In this document: one piece after another, positions 38,954-49,635 of the stretch
Numbering within the stretch: position 1 is the stretch's first letter
How the letters are laid out: each line of letters starts with the position of its first letter
DNA from: Coxiellales bacterium
GTDB taxonomy: Bacteria; Pseudomonadota; Gammaproteobacteria; CBDETP01
Length of the DNA stretch: 64,000 nt
Assembly: GCA_965242995.1 (NCBI GenBank)
Contig: CBDETP010000009.1
Location: 645-64,644, forward strand
Direction: 5' to 3'
Program-made: the position numbers and the translations under genes
Notes under the pieces: model-generated
Databases searched by the model: none
Seen by the model: only the letters and a program-made list of their open reading frames with translations
What the model was told of the DNA's origin: nothing

Positions 38954-39347
38954 TTTTTCAGCACCTTTTTGTGGAGCGTCAAACAACAATTAATTTTTAG
39001 TAAAACAGCTACCTTTCGCCACTGTCGCAGTGAGCGAATATTAGTTTTTTTTATTTTTTTCATCAATTCTTTCAACTGTTTACACCTTTTTATGAAGGCT
39101 TTACTAGAGACTTTCTCCAGCATTATAAATTCATTTGTTGCTCATCGCAATTTAAAAAACATTGTATTCTAGAGTTTTAATTAGCTATATCTTAAGCTAG
39201 GATGGCGCTGACTAATGTTTGCTGCACCATCAAGCATAACTAAAACTATGCGAGAACAACTATAGCAGGCTTTTAGTATGGCTTCAATAAGGTTCGACAC
39301 CGAGATTTATTTCCTACTGGCTTGATTTTTAAGGACCTCTTTTTCAT

Positions 39348-40310
39348 ATGAAAACACAACTACTCACTATCGACCAAGATAACGAAGGCCAACGTCTGGA
39401 TAATTTTTTGTTTACACGCTTGAAAGGCGTGCCTAAGTCCAGGGTCTATAGAGCGCTTAGAAAAGGGGAAGTTCGGGTTAACAAAAAGAGGGTGAAACCA
39501 ACTTATCGGCTGGTTTTAGCCGATATTGTTAGGGTGCCGCCATTAAGACAAGCTGATGCTGCAAAAGTTAAAGTTGAGCCCAGCTTTCACCGATTAGAGA
39601 ACTTGGAAAGTCGAATCCTGTACGAGGACAAACAATTATTAATCATTAATAAGCCTAGCGGATTACCTGTTCATGGCGGCTCTGGGGTTGATTATGGCCT
39701 AATTGAAGCTTTACGAGTATTACGGCCACACTGCTCTTTTCTTGAATTGGTCCACCGTTTAGATAAAAACACATCCGGCTGTTTGTTAGTGGCAAAAAAA
39801 AGACAAATGCTGATAGAGCTGCAATCATTATTGCGCAATAGGCAGGTCTCAAAAAAATATTGGGCATTAGTCAAAGGCTGTTGGCAAGGAGGCAGTAAAA
39901 AGGTTGATTTTCCTTTAATTAAACAAACACTTGAATCAGGGGGCAGAATAGTCAAAGTGGATTATGAACAAGGACGTAATGCCACTAGTATTTTTCGTCC
40001 AGTCGCCTTTTTCTCAGAAGCAACACTAATGGAAGTCAACATTAAAACGGGGCGCACCCACCAAATACGCGTTCATGCAGCACAATTAGGCTATCCCTTA
40101 GCTGGTGATGACAAGTATGGTGACGACAACTTTAATCGTAAAATGAAAAAACAGGGGCTTAACCGGATCTTCCTTCACGCTAATCAGTGGTCTTGTTGTC
40201 TTGCAGACAATAGACCGCTGGGTATATGCTCATTATTAGACAGTGACTTGTCGGCATGCCTGTCGCGCCTGAAGAAATCTGCATCATATAAAAAACCCTC
40301 AGGTATTTGA
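39348..40310 (+). CDS. rluC: 23S rRNA pseudouridine synthase RluC (RluA family with S4 domain)
   Basis: S4 domain (..RLDNFL......PKS.VYR.LRKGEVRVN..), catalytic HRLDK.TSG, and divergent placement next to rne as in E. coli. Confidence 0.85.
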   Translation: MKTQLLTIDQDNEGQRLDNFLFTRLKGVPKSRVYRALRKGEVRVNKKRVKPTYRLVLADIVRVPPLRQADAAKVKVEPSFHRLENLESRILYEDKQLLIINKPSGLPVHGGSGVDYGLIEALRVLRPHCSFLELVHRLDKNTSGCLLVAKKRQMLIELQSLLRNRQVSKKYWALVKGCWQGGSKKVDFPLIKQTLESGGRIVKVDYEQGRNATSIFRPVAFFSEATLMEVNIKTGRTHQIRVHAAQLGYPLAGDDKYGDDNFNRKMKKQGLNRIFLHANQWSCCLADNRPLGICSLLDSDLSACLSRLKKSASYKKPSGI

Positions 40311-40377
40311 TAAGTAGTATGTTTTGCACTTTCTTTACATGAAAGGCAGTAAAAAACACGGTATTTATCGCAACCCT

Positions 40378-40406
40378 TTGACAGGGTCGTATTATCTCGT
40401 TAGTAT
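40378..40406 (+). promoter_or_regulatory. Candidate sigma-70 promoter for the rpmF-plsX-fab operon
   Basis: TTGACA (40378-40383), 17-nt spacer, TAGTAT (40401-40406); about 80 nt upstream of rpmF. Confidence 0.5.
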
Positions 40407-40484
40407 CGGCACTGATTTGATTTTATAATCAATTTAACTAATCAACTATTAATGCTTTAAAAAGCGTTTTTTTGGAGAAAAATC

Positions 40485-40682
40485 ATGGCAGTACAAAAAA
40501 GTCATACTACACGATCAAGACGGGGCATGAGACGATCTCATGACGCATTATCTTCAACCTGTTTGAGCAAAGACCCAGTTACTGGTGAAAGCCACCGCCG
40601 TCATCATGTGAGCCCTGAAGGCTACTATAAAGGTAAGCAAGTTATTGCTGCTAAAGACGACGCACTGGAAAATGAAGAGTAA
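40485..40682 (+). CDS. rpmF: 50S ribosomal protein L32
   Basis: MAVQK...[13 protein letters not shown].. N-terminus, the same as the bL32 family. GGAG RBS. Confidence 0.95.
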   Translation: MAVQKSHTTRSRRGMRRSHDALSSTCLSKDPVTGESHRRHHVSPEGYYKGKQVIAAKDDALENEE

Positions 40683-40688
40683 TTTCAA

Positions 40689-41717
40689 TTGAGCACAATA
40701 ACAATTGCAGTTGATGCTATGGGCGGTGATCACGGCCCATCAGTTACTGTTCCTGCTGCAATAAGCTCTTTAGAGAATCACCCTGGCTTAAACCTCATTT
40801 TAGTTGGCAATGAGAATAAGCTTCGCAACACCCTTGAAGAGTCAGGCTATAGCTCCTCACGACTTCAAATTCAGCATGCTTCGCAGCAAGTTGGAATGGA
40901 TGAATCACCTGTAGCAGCATTACGCTTTAAAAAAGATTCTGCTATGCGCGTTGCCATCAACTTAGTGTCGTCAGGGGATGCTCAAGCTTGCGTTAGCGCA
41001 GGCAATACGGGCGCTCTTATGGCAACAGCTCGGTTCGTTTTAAAAACCTTGCCCGGCATTGATCGCCCCGCAATAATAGCTGGGTTACCAACGGCTCAAG
41101 AAGGGAAGGACGTTAGACTGCTAGATTTAGGTGCCAACGTTGATAGTAACGCAGAACACCTTCGTCAGTTTGCCTTAATGGGCTCCATATTAATCTCCTC
41201 TACAGAAGGAATAAAGAATCCCCGTGTTGGTTTACTCAATATTGGTGAAGAAGACATAAAAGGGAATGATCTAGTTAAAAAAGCATCGGCACTACTAGCA
41301 GAAACAAAAAGCATTAATTATATTGGTTACATAGAGGCCAACCATATTTTCACGGGTGACGTGGACCTAGTGGTTTGTGATGGTTTTGTTGGCAATGTGA
41401 TGCTGAAAACCTGTGAAGGACTTGCAAAACTCATTGCTACTTTTGTAAAACAAGATGCCTATAGAAGCTGGCTTAGCAAATTATTAGCCTTTCCTTCTAA
41501 GTTTGTTTTCAAGGGGTTAAAGAAAAATCTTGACCCCAGGTCTAGGAATGGTGCAATTTTTTTAGGCTTAAATGGTGTTGTCGTTAAAAGCCATGGTCGA
41601 GCAGATATTAAAGCTTTCACTCATGCTATAAGCGAAGCAGTTTTAGAGGCTGAAAAAAACATTCCAGAGCAAATTCGTCAGCAATTAGAGGTTTTGTTGG
41701 TTAAGGATGATGCTTAA
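40689..41717 (+). CDS. plsX: Phosphate acyltransferase PlsX
   Basis: ..[11 protein letters not shown].., ..GN.GA.MA.., conserved position after rpmF. TTG start. Confidence 0.9.
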   Translation: MSTITIAVDAMGGDHGPSVTVPAAISSLENHPGLNLILVGNENKLRNTLEESGYSSSRLQIQHASQQVGMDESPVAALRFKKDSAMRVAINLVSSGDAQACVSAGNTGALMATARFVLKTLPGIDRPAIIAGLPTAQEGKDVRLLDLGANVDSNAEHLRQFALMGSILISSTEGIKNPRVGLLNIGEEDIKGNDLVKKASALLAETKSINYIGYIEANHIFTGDVDLVVCDGFVGNVMLKTCEGLAKLIATFVKQDAYRSWLSKLLAFPSKFVFKGLKKNLDPRSRNGAIFLGLNGVVVKSHGRADIKAFTHAISEAVLEAEKNIPEQIRQQLEVLLVKDDA

Positions 41718-42676
41718 TGCCATTTTCAAAAATAGTAAGCACGGGTAGCTACCTGCCTGAAAAGGTTGTTAGCAATAAAGATTTAGAAAAGCTTGTTGAT
41801 ACTAATGATGAGTGGATAGTGCAGCGAGTTGGCATTCGCTCAAGGCGAGTGGTTAGTAAGGGTCAAAACTCCTCCTTTATGGCTTATGAAGCGGCAAAAA
41901 AAGCAATCGCTGCGGCTAACTATAATGCTAATGATATTGGCCTAATTGTTGTAGCAACCGCTACGCCAGATCGCCATTTTCCTAGTACCGCCTGTATTTT
42001 ACAAAATCGCTTAGGCATTAACAATGAATCACCGGCTTTTGATTTGAACGCAGCTTGTGCCGGCTTTATTTATGCGCTTAGTGTTGCTGACAAGTATATC
42101 CGTAGCGGTGCTGTTAAGTCAGCACTAGTTGTTGGTGTTGATGGGCTTTCTCGAATACTAGACTGGAGTGATCGCAATACCTGTGTTTTATTTGGTGATG
42201 GTGCTGGCGCAGTTTTACTAGAAGCAAGTGAAAGCCCTGGCATTATTTCAACAAAAATTCGTGCCAATGGAGAATATGAAAACTTGCTTTATGCGCCAAA
42301 TGCGCTCTGGGAGGATGAAAAAGAATCATCTCATATCAAAATGCAGGGAAGTGGCACATTTAAAATTGCTGTAAAAAAATTAGGCGAAATTGTTGATGAA
42401 ATTTTACAAACAGCAGACCTAAGCAAAGAGGATGTTGACTGGTTAATACCTCATCAAGCTAATACCCGAATTATTCAAGCCGTTGCAAAGCGACTAAACC
42501 TTCCAATGGAAAAGGTTGTATTAACAATTGCCGAGCATGGAAACACCTCTGCGGCTTCTGTCCCCTTAGCGCTTGATGTAGCCGTGAGATCCGGCCAAAT
42601 TAAACGGGGAGAAACTTTATTACTTGAAGCTTTTGGTGGTGGATTTGCTTGGGGAGCTGCGTTAGTAAATTATTAA
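41717..42676 (+). CDS. fabH: 3-oxoacyl-ACP synthase III
   Basis: Active-site context ..FDLNAACAGF.., ..HQAN.RI.., ..GNTSAAS.P.AL... Confidence 0.95.
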   Translation: MPFSKIVSTGSYLPEKVVSNKDLEKLVDTNDEWIVQRVGIRSRRVVSKGQNSSFMAYEAAKKAIAAANYNANDIGLIVVATATPDRHFPSTACILQNRLGINNESPAFDLNAACAGFIYALSVADKYIRSGAVKSALVVGVDGLSRILDWSDRNTCVLFGDGAGAVLLEASESPGIISTKIRANGEYENLLYAPNALWEDEKESSHIKMQGSGTFKIAVKKLGEIVDEILQTADLSKEDVDWLIPHQANTRIIQAVAKRLNLPMEKVVLTIAEHGNTSAASVPLALDVAVRSGQIKRGETLLLEAFGGGFAWGAALVNY

Positions 42677-42690
42677 TTAGGGTATAAGCT

Positions 42691-43638
42691 ATGACAAAAA
42701 AATGGGCTATGATATTTCCAGGACAAGGCTCACAATCTACTGGAATGCTATCTGAATTATATAAAAATCATAAGATTATAGAAGAAACCTTTTCTGAAGC
42801 ATCAAGTATATTATCCTATGATTTATGGGCGTTAATTCAATCCGATCCAGAAGGGAAATTAAATCAAACGTGCTACACCCAACCTGCCGTGTTTGTTGCT
42901 GATATTGCACTATGGCGTTGTTGGCAAACACTAACAGATTTAAAACCAACCTTTGTGGCAGGACACAGCCTTGGAGAATACGCCGCCCTTGTCTGCGCTG
43001 AGTCATTAAGCTTTAAAGAAGGTGTTGAGCTTGTTAAGAATCGTGCTAAATTCATGCAGTCTGCAGTGCCTGAAGGGCAGGGCGCCATGGCTGCAATCAT
43101 CGCACTAGATAATGAAACGCTCGAGTCTTTATGCCAAGAGGAAAGCTCAGAAAACGACATAGTCATGCCAGCTAACTTCAATTCAATTGGGCAAAGTGTT
43201 GTTGCAGGACATAAGAAAGCGGTTTTACGCCTTATTGAGGAAGCAAAAAACAAGGGCGCAAAAATTGCAAAGCTCCTGCCAGTCAGCGTTCCATCTCACT
43301 GCGCTTTAATGGTGCCTGCAGCAGTTAAACTGACTGCCTGCCTAGAATCAATTGAAATCAAGCAGCCCATTATCCCCGTAATCCAGAATTATGATGTTAA
43401 AGCACACTCTGAAACTGGGGTAATAAAAGAAGCTTTAATTAAACAATTAACCATGCCTGTCCGCTGGGTTGAAACCGTGCAAACACTTGCAGAGCAAAAA
43501 AATGATTTTTGTATCGAGTGCGGTCCAGGCAAAGTACTTAAGGGTTTAAATAAGCGAATCACAAAAAACATGCCAACCTATAATCTTTTAACAGAAGAAG
43601 ACATTCATCAAGCACTTGATGCAGTAAAAGGAGACTAA
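42691..43638 (+). CDS. fabD: Malonyl-CoA:ACP transacylase
   Basis: FPGQGSQ..GM and GHSLGEYAAL motifs. Confidence 0.95.
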   Translation: MTKKWAMIFPGQGSQSTGMLSELYKNHKIIEETFSEASSILSYDLWALIQSDPEGKLNQTCYTQPAVFVADIALWRCWQTLTDLKPTFVAGHSLGEYAALVCAESLSFKEGVELVKNRAKFMQSAVPEGQGAMAAIIALDNETLESLCQEESSENDIVMPANFNSIGQSVVAGHKKAVLRLIEEAKNKGAKIAKLLPVSVPSHCALMVPAAVKLTACLESIEIKQPIIPVIQNYDVKAHSETGVIKEALIKQLTMPVRWVETVQTLAEQKNDFCIECGPGKVLKGLNKRITKNMPTYNLLTEEDIHQALDAVKGD

Positions 43639-43641
43639 ATT

Positions 43642-44388
43642 ATGTCAACAGAACAAAAGCGTATTGCGCTAGTGACAGGGGCAAGCAGGGGTATTGGTAA
43701 AGCCATTGCATTTGCTTTAGCAGAAAAAAAAACAACTGTCATAGGGACAGCAACAACCGAAGAGGGTGCACAAAAAATTACTGATGCTTTTAAGCAAGCC
43801 AATTTAGACGGTGTTGGCCGTAAATTAGATGTTTGTGATAGTGAACAAATCACCTCCTTATTAGCAGAAATGAAAGCTAACTGGGGCTCCCCAGAGATTC
43901 TTGTAAATAACGCCGGAATAACGAGAGATAACATTATGTTAAGAATGAAGCCTAATCAATGGGATGAAGTTATTCAGACGAATTTAAATTCAATCTACCA
44001 CCTCACCAAAGCCTGTTTAAAACCCATGTTTCGTGCAAGGTTTGGGCGAATCATTAATATTAGCTCTGTGTCAGCAATCATGGGCAACCCTGGGCAAGCT
44101 AACTATGCTGCGGCTAAGGCGGGCGTTATTGGTTTCACCAAAAGTTTAGCTCAAGAAATGGCAAGCTTAGGCATCACTGCTAATGTTGTTGCCCCTGGCT
44201 TTATTCAAACAGATATGATTAAAGGAATGAGCGAGGAACAGCAAGCCCTAATTAATGAACGCGTTCCAATGGGCCGGGTGGGACAACCTGAAGAAATTGC
44301 AGCAGCAGTTACGTTTTTAGCCTCCGATCAAGCAGCTTATATAACGGGACAAACACTTAGCGTTAATGGCGGTTTAATTATGCCTTAG
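43642..44388 (+). CDS. fabG: 3-oxoacyl-ACP reductase
   Basis: SDR motifs TGASRGIGKAIA, NNAGI, YAAAKAG. Confidence 0.95.
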   Translation: MSTEQKRIALVTGASRGIGKAIAFALAEKKTTVIGTATTEEGAQKITDAFKQANLDGVGRKLDVCDSEQITSLLAEMKANWGSPEILVNNAGITRDNIMLRMKPNQWDEVIQTNLNSIYHLTKACLKPMFRARFGRIINISSVSAIMGNPGQANYAAAKAGVIGFTKSLAQEMASLGITANVVAPGFIQTDMIKGMSEEQQALINERVPMGRVGQPEEIAAAVTFLASDQAAYITGQTLSVNGGLIMP

Positions 44389-44560
44389 TGTCGGATATTT
44401 AAGCGTATTTGAATGGTTTTGCTTTAAAAATAAGCATTGTCGCGAGTAATCACTAATTACTGCTTGCAACTTCTGTATATTTTTATAAACTCTATTCTAA
44501 GTGCTTGCTGCTAGGTTTGCAGGAAGTTTTTTATTTTTCAATTAAAAAGAGGGAATGATT

Positions 44561-44794
44561 ATGTCAGCTACTGAAGATAGAGTAAAAAAAATTGTTATTG
44601 AGCAACTAGGCGTGAAGGAAGAAGATGTAAACTCCACATCGTCTTTTGTTGATGATTTAGGTGCAGATTCACTAGATACGGTTGAATTAGTTATGGCTTT
44701 AGAAGAAGAATTTAACACGGAAATTCCTGATGAAGACGCTGAAAAAATCACAACCATTCAAGAAGCTGTTAACTATATTGATTCAAACTCATAA
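44561..44794 (+). CDS. acpP: Acyl carrier protein
   Basis: ..[20 protein letters not shown].. with the phosphopantetheine-attachment Ser. Confidence 0.95.
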   Translation: MSATEDRVKKIVIEQLGVKEEDVNSTSSFVDDLGADSLDTVELVMALEEEFNTEIPDEDAEKITTIQEAVNYIDSNS

Positions 44795-44858
44795 AAAAAA
44801 TCTTTTTATGTTTTTGTTTTTTTTATTAGACTCTAATATTTAGATAAAGGTGTTATTT

Positions 44859-46118
44859 GTGAAAAAACGTGTTGTAGTTACGGGTTTAGGGATGCTGACA
44901 CCTTTAGGCAATTCAGTAGAAGAGTCTTGGCAAAATATAACAAAAGGGCAGAGTGGTGTTCGCCCTATCACTCATTTTGACGCAAGTGACCTGCCTGTTC
45001 GTATCTCTGCCAGTGTGCAAAACTTTGATCCATCTGAGGTCTTAAACTCTAAAGAAACGCGCAAAACAGATCTATTCGTCCAGTATGCTTATGTAGCAGC
45101 TAAGGAAGCATTAAAAGATGCGAATATAGAAGTTACTGATGAAAATTCTGAGCGCATTGGTGTGGCTGTTGGCTCAGGGATTGGCGGATTACCATGGATT
45201 GAACGTAATCACATAAATCTATTAAAGGGTGGCGCCAGAAAAGTCTCCCCGTTTTTTATTCCTGCGGCTATCATCAACATGGCAGCGGGTTTTATATCAA
45301 TTAAAGAGGGCATCAAAGGCCCTAACTTATCTATTGTAACAGCTTGTACCACAGGCTCTCATAATATTGGTCATGCAGCTCGCATGATTGCTTATGGTGA
45401 TGCTGACATTATGATTGCAGGTGGTGCAGAAATGGCAACTTGTAACTTAGGCATCGCTGGCTTTGCTGCTGTTCGGGCGCTATCTAAACGGAATGATGAG
45501 CCAACCAAAGCAAGCCGGCCTTGGGACCGTGATCGCGATGGTTTTGTACTTGGTGACGGTGCTGGCGTGCTTATTTTAGAAGAACTTGAACATGCAAAAG
45601 CTCGTGGAGCAACTATTTATGCAGAATTATCTGGCTTTGGCATGAGCTCAGATGGCTATCATATTACCGCACCAGACCCTGAGGCCGATGGCTTTAAAAG
45701 GGCGATGCAAAATGCTATCCATGATGCAGAATTAGAGTCAAATAATATTGACTACGTCAATGCCCACGGCACATCAACGCCCGCGGCAGACCATTTAGAA
45801 GCACTAGCTGTTGAAAAAGTATTTGGCGACTATGCTTTAGATAAAGAACTGGCTGTAAGCTCAACAAAATCCATGATCGGCCATTTATTAGGTGCTGCAG
45901 GAGCTGTTGAAGCAATATTTTCTGTCCTTGCCATTCATAATCAAATGGCACCACCAACCATCAATTTAGATCATCCAGGCGAGGGATGCCGCTTAAATTT
46001 TGTTCCTCATGAAGCGAAAAAGATGCAAATTAAGCATGCCTTATCAAACTCTTTTGGCTTTGGTGGAACTAATGCTAGCTTAGTATTTAGCCAGTATGAT
46101 GCGTCTTCTGAATCATAA
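44859..46118 (+). CDS. fabF: 3-oxoacyl-ACP synthase II
   Basis: KRVVVTGLG.., active-site ..TACTTG.., ..NAHGTST.., ..GH.LGA.G.., ..NSFGFGG.N. I prefer GTG 44859 as the start. Confidence 0.95.
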   Translation: MKKRVVVTGLGMLTPLGNSVEESWQNITKGQSGVRPITHFDASDLPVRISASVQNFDPSEVLNSKETRKTDLFVQYAYVAAKEALKDANIEVTDENSERIGVAVGSGIGGLPWIERNHINLLKGGARKVSPFFIPAAIINMAAGFISIKEGIKGPNLSIVTACTTGSHNIGHAARMIAYGDADIMIAGGAEMATCNLGIAGFAAVRALSKRNDEPTKASRPWDRDRDGFVLGDGAGVLILEELEHAKARGATIYAELSGFGMSSDGYHITAPDPEADGFKRAMQNAIHDAELESNNIDYVNAHGTSTPAADHLEALAVEKVFGDYALDKELAVSSTKSMIGHLLGAAGAVEAIFSVLAIHNQMAPPTINLDHPGEGCRLNFVPHEAKKMQIKHALSNSFGFGGTNASLVFSQYDASSES

Positions 46119-46157
46119 AACTTTCTTATATTTCAAGGACATTTTTTAGGCGACAAC

Positions 46158-47207
46158 TTGAAAAAAAACAAATACTATCAACGAACCATTCTTTTTGCCA
46201 TTTCACTTATTATAGGGTGGCTCTTTATCTTTAGTTATGGTTTTTTTAGTAGTCCCATTTTAAAAAAAAACACACCCTCAAAAATTATTATTGTTACATC
46301 AGGCGGCGGCGTAAAAAAAATCGCCTCTGAACTTTATGAAAAAAAATTAATTAATCATCCTTTTTTTTTCGCACTTATAACACGTTTATCCGGTAAAGCT
46401 AAAAAACTACAAGCTGGGGCTTATGAAATAACACCTGGAATGACACAATATGGTTTTTTAAATCACTTAAGCCGTGGCCAAGTGGTAAAGTACTATATTC
46501 AGTTTATTGAAGGATGGACATTTTCACAATTTATTAATGCATTGCAATCGAATAACAACTTAAAGCATGAACTTGATTTCAGTAATAAGCAGCGCTTAGT
46601 CTCAGAGTTATCTATAAATAGAAGCAACCCAGAAGGCCTTTTTTTTCCCGACACCTATCAGTTTGACTATAATGATTCTGACAAAGACATTTTGTTAAGG
46701 GCTCACAAACGAATGATGAGCATTTTAAATAAAGAGTGGAGCGGCAGGGCGGTTGGCTTACCCTACAAAAACGCTTATCAAGCACTCACTGCTGCTTCAA
46801 TGATAGAAAAAGAGGCCACTCTAGACTCTGAAAAACCTATTGTAGCAGGTGTTATTATTCGGCGCTTAAAAAAAGGGATGCGTTTACAAATAGATCCAAC
46901 CGTTTCTTATGGTTTAAATCAAACCCTTGATAAAGCCCTGACCAAAAGTGACTTGCGAAAAAATACACCGTACAATACCTATGTTCATTATGGCTTGCCG
47001 CCCACGCCCATAGATATGCCAGGAGAAGCTTCTATTCACGCAGCACTGCACCCTGATCAAAGCAACTATATTTACTATGTCGCAAAAGGTGATGGCAGCC
47101 ATAAGTTTTCAACTAATTATCAAGATCACTTAAAGGCGATTGACATATATATTAAAAAGAAAACCTTACCGGTTAAAACAAGTAAAGGGGAATTTTATGC
47201 TCAATAA
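46158..47207 (+). CDS. mltG: Endolytic murein transglycosylase MltG (YceG)
   Basis: N-terminal TM anchor; ..EG..FPDTY.., ..ASM.EKE.., ..NTY...GLPP.PI..PG.. motifs; conserved position after fabF. Confidence 0.9.
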   Translation: MKKNKYYQRTILFAISLIIGWLFIFSYGFFSSPILKKNTPSKIIIVTSGGGVKKIASELYEKKLINHPFFFALITRLSGKAKKLQAGAYEITPGMTQYGFLNHLSRGQVVKYYIQFIEGWTFSQFINALQSNNNLKHELDFSNKQRLVSELSINRSNPEGLFFPDTYQFDYNDSDKDILLRAHKRMMSILNKEWSGRAVGLPYKNAYQALTAASMIEKEATLDSEKPIVAGVIIRRLKKGMRLQIDPTVSYGLNQTLDKALTKSDLRKNTPYNTYVHYGLPPTPIDMPGEASIHAALHPDQSNYIYYVAKGDGSHKFSTNYQDHLKAIDIYIKKKTLPVKTSKGEFYAQ

Positions 47208-47835
47208 TGGGTTGTTCATTAGTGTCGAGGGTATAGAGGGTGTTGGAAAAAGCACCGTTATTGCTTTTATTGAAAAATTACTTCAACAACAAAAAATTGA
47301 TCATACTATTACGCGAGAGCCTGGCGGCACCCCAATTGCAGAAGATATTCGACGTTTATTATTAGCCGAACAAAATAGCGCTATGTCTAGTGATTGCGAG
47401 CTATTATTAATGTTTGCCAGCCGAGCTCAGCATTTACACGCACTGATTATCCCTGAGCTTAAAGCGGGAAAATGTGTGGTTTCAGACCGATTTGTTGATG
47501 CCAGTATTGCTTATCAAGGAGGCGGAAGAGAAATTCCTGTTGAGCACATTCAACAGTTAGCAACCTGGTTAAATGATTATGTCTTACCAAAGCACACATT
47601 ATTATTAGATGCTCCTGTTGAAGTGAGCCTACAGCGCATGCTTAGTCGTGGGGCTAAGGATCGAATTGAACAAGAGGGCGTTGCTTTTTTTGAACGAGCA
47701 AGGCAGCAGTATTTAAAAAGTGCTAAAGAAGACCCTGAAAGATTTTTTGTTTTAAATGTAGATCGGCCTTTAGAGGCTGTTCTCTCTGATGTTGAGGTAA
47801 TAATAAAAAAATGGCTGAAACCCTTCATTCAATAG
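47197..47835 (+). CDS. tmk: Thymidylate kinase
   Basis: FISVEGIEGVGKST P-loop. AAGGGG RBS. Overlaps the mltG 3' end by 11 nt. Confidence 0.95.
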   Translation: MLNNGLFISVEGIEGVGKSTVIAFIEKLLQQQKIDHTITREPGGTPIAEDIRRLLLAEQNSAMSSDCELLLMFASRAQHLHALIIPELKAGKCVVSDRFVDASIAYQGGGREIPVEHIQQLATWLNDYVLPKHTLLLDAPVEVSLQRMLSRGAKDRIEQEGVAFFERARQQYLKSAKEDPERFFVLNVDRPLEAVLSDVEVIIKKWLKPFIQ

Positions 47836-48818
47836 CGATCAAAGCAGAGCTTTACCCTTGGTTAGAGCAACAATGGTCTTTTTTCATCGAACAGCATCAG
47901 CAGCAGCGGCTACCTCACGCGCTCATATTATCTGGCAAACAAGGCTTGGGCAAACAAGCCTTGGCTTTAACAATGGCAAAATATTTACTTTGCGCATCAC
48001 CTGCGGAGCAGGCTTGTGAAAACTGTAGGCACTGCTCTTTGTTAAAAGCTGGGTATCACCCCGATTTATGGTTTATTGCTCCTGAAGAGGGAAGCCATGT
48101 TATAAAAATAGAGCAAATCAGAAAACTGACCGCAGGTCTGCAGCAAACCGCTGCAGCTGCTGAATACCAAGTTGCCATTATTACTCCTGCAGAAAACATG
48201 AATGCCTCAGCCGCTAATGCGCTATTAAAATCACTGGAAGAGCCCCAAGGAAATACCGTTTTCATTTTAGTGGCAAACCAACCCTATAAATTGCCCGCAA
48301 CCATTTTAAGTCGTAGCCAAATACTATCGTGCACAAATCACAAAGAAACTGCGGCAATCAGTTGGCTACAAAAAAATATTCGTGAGCCAAAACAAGTGAG
48401 TTTTTTATATAAAGTGAGCCAGGGAGCGCCGCTACAGGCACTCTCCTTTGAAGAGCAGGGTTATTTAGACCAAAGAAACACTCTGTTAAAACACTTATCT
48501 TCATTAGATAACGCGACAAATGATCCTGTCAGTATTGCAGAGAGTTATATCAAGCAAGACAATTGGTTGTGGGTGGATATTTTTCAACTAGTCCTTAATG
48601 ATCTACTCAAGCGCAGCCAACAGTGTGAGGCCGCATACTTGACTAACGCAGACATGGCAACACAGCTTGATAAATATTTAGAACAGCATACTCTTCAAGG
48701 GCTGCTCATCGTACAAAAAAAAATAGATGAATTTAACCCATTAAGACAACAATCTGCTAATATGCAGTTACTTTGTGCAGATTTATTTATTGCTTGGACT
48801 GACAGCAAACAAGCTTAA
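47811..48818 (+). CDS. holB: DNA polymerase III delta' subunit
   Basis: ..YPW....W........RLPHA.L..G..G.GK...A...A..LLC..........C..C..C.L...G.HPD.. pattern, plus position after tmk. Confidence 0.9.
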   Translation: MAETLHSIAIKAELYPWLEQQWSFFIEQHQQQRLPHALILSGKQGLGKQALALTMAKYLLCASPAEQACENCRHCSLLKAGYHPDLWFIAPEEGSHVIKIEQIRKLTAGLQQTAAAAEYQVAIITPAENMNASAANALLKSLEEPQGNTVFILVANQPYKLPATILSRSQILSCTNHKETAAISWLQKNIREPKQVSFLYKVSQGAPLQALSFEEQGYLDQRNTLLKHLSSLDNATNDPVSIAESYIKQDNWLWVDIFQLVLNDLLKRSQQCEAAYLTNADMATQLDKYLEQHTLQGLLIVQKKIDEFNPLRQQSANMQLLCADLFIAWTDSKQA

Positions 48819-48827
48819 AGGAAAAAA

Positions 48828-49595
48828 ATGCTAATCGATTCACACTGCCATCTAGATATGGTTGATTTGACTCCTTACAATGGCGACTTATCCGCTTTAG
48901 TTCAAGCAGCCAGAGATGCTGGCGTTTCAACAATGTTAACTATTGGCGTAGACATCAGTCATGCCCAGCGAGTTATTGCAATCGCAGAACAATTCCCCGA
49001 GATTTATGCCACTGTTGGCCTTCATCCCGGCGAAAGCGAAAAAGACGAGCCTTCTGAGAGTGATTTAATTTCATTAGCTTCTCACCCTAAAGTCGTTGGC
49101 ATTGGTGAAACAGGGCTCGATTATTATTATCCCGGCATTGACAAAGATCTACAGCAGGAGCGCTTTAGACGTCATATACGAGTTGCCAAGCAGCTCAAAA
49201 AACCATTAATTATTCATACTCGATCTGCTCAAGCCGATACAATCAAAATCATGCAAGAAGAAAACGCATCTGCAGCCGGTGGTGTAATGCACTGTTTTAC
49301 CGAATCTTGGGACATGGCCGAGCAAGCATTGGAAATGGGCTTTTATATTTCAATTTCTGGCATTGTTACCTTTAAGAAAGCTGAACAAGTAGCCGATGTT
49401 GCTAAGCGCGTGCCATTAAATAAGTTATTAATTGAAACCGATTCACCTTATTTAGCCCCCGTGCCATTTCGAGGTAAAAAAAACGAACCCCAGTATGTTC
49501 GCTATGTTGCCGAGCACATTGCGATGATTCGTGAGATGGATTACGCTGAATTAGCATCAGCCACCAATAAAAATTTTAAAGCCCTTTTTCTATAA
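48828..49595 (+). CDS. TatD-family metal-dependent hydrolase (YcfH-like)
   Basis: MLIDSHCHLD.., ..GE.GLDY.., ..IH.R.A.., ..ETD.PYL.P.P.RGK.NEP... Confidence 0.9.
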   Translation: MLIDSHCHLDMVDLTPYNGDLSALVQAARDAGVSTMLTIGVDISHAQRVIAIAEQFPEIYATVGLHPGESEKDEPSESDLISLASHPKVVGIGETGLDYYYPGIDKDLQQERFRRHIRVAKQLKKPLIIHTRSAQADTIKIMQEENASAAGGVMHCFTESWDMAEQALEMGFYISISGIVTFKKAEQVADVAKRVPLNKLLIETDSPYLAPVPFRGKKNEPQYVRYVAEHIAMIREMDYAELASATNKNFKALFL

Positions 49596-49635
49596 GTAGA
49601 GCTTAGGTATTGATTCAATAAAGGAGTACTGAGTC

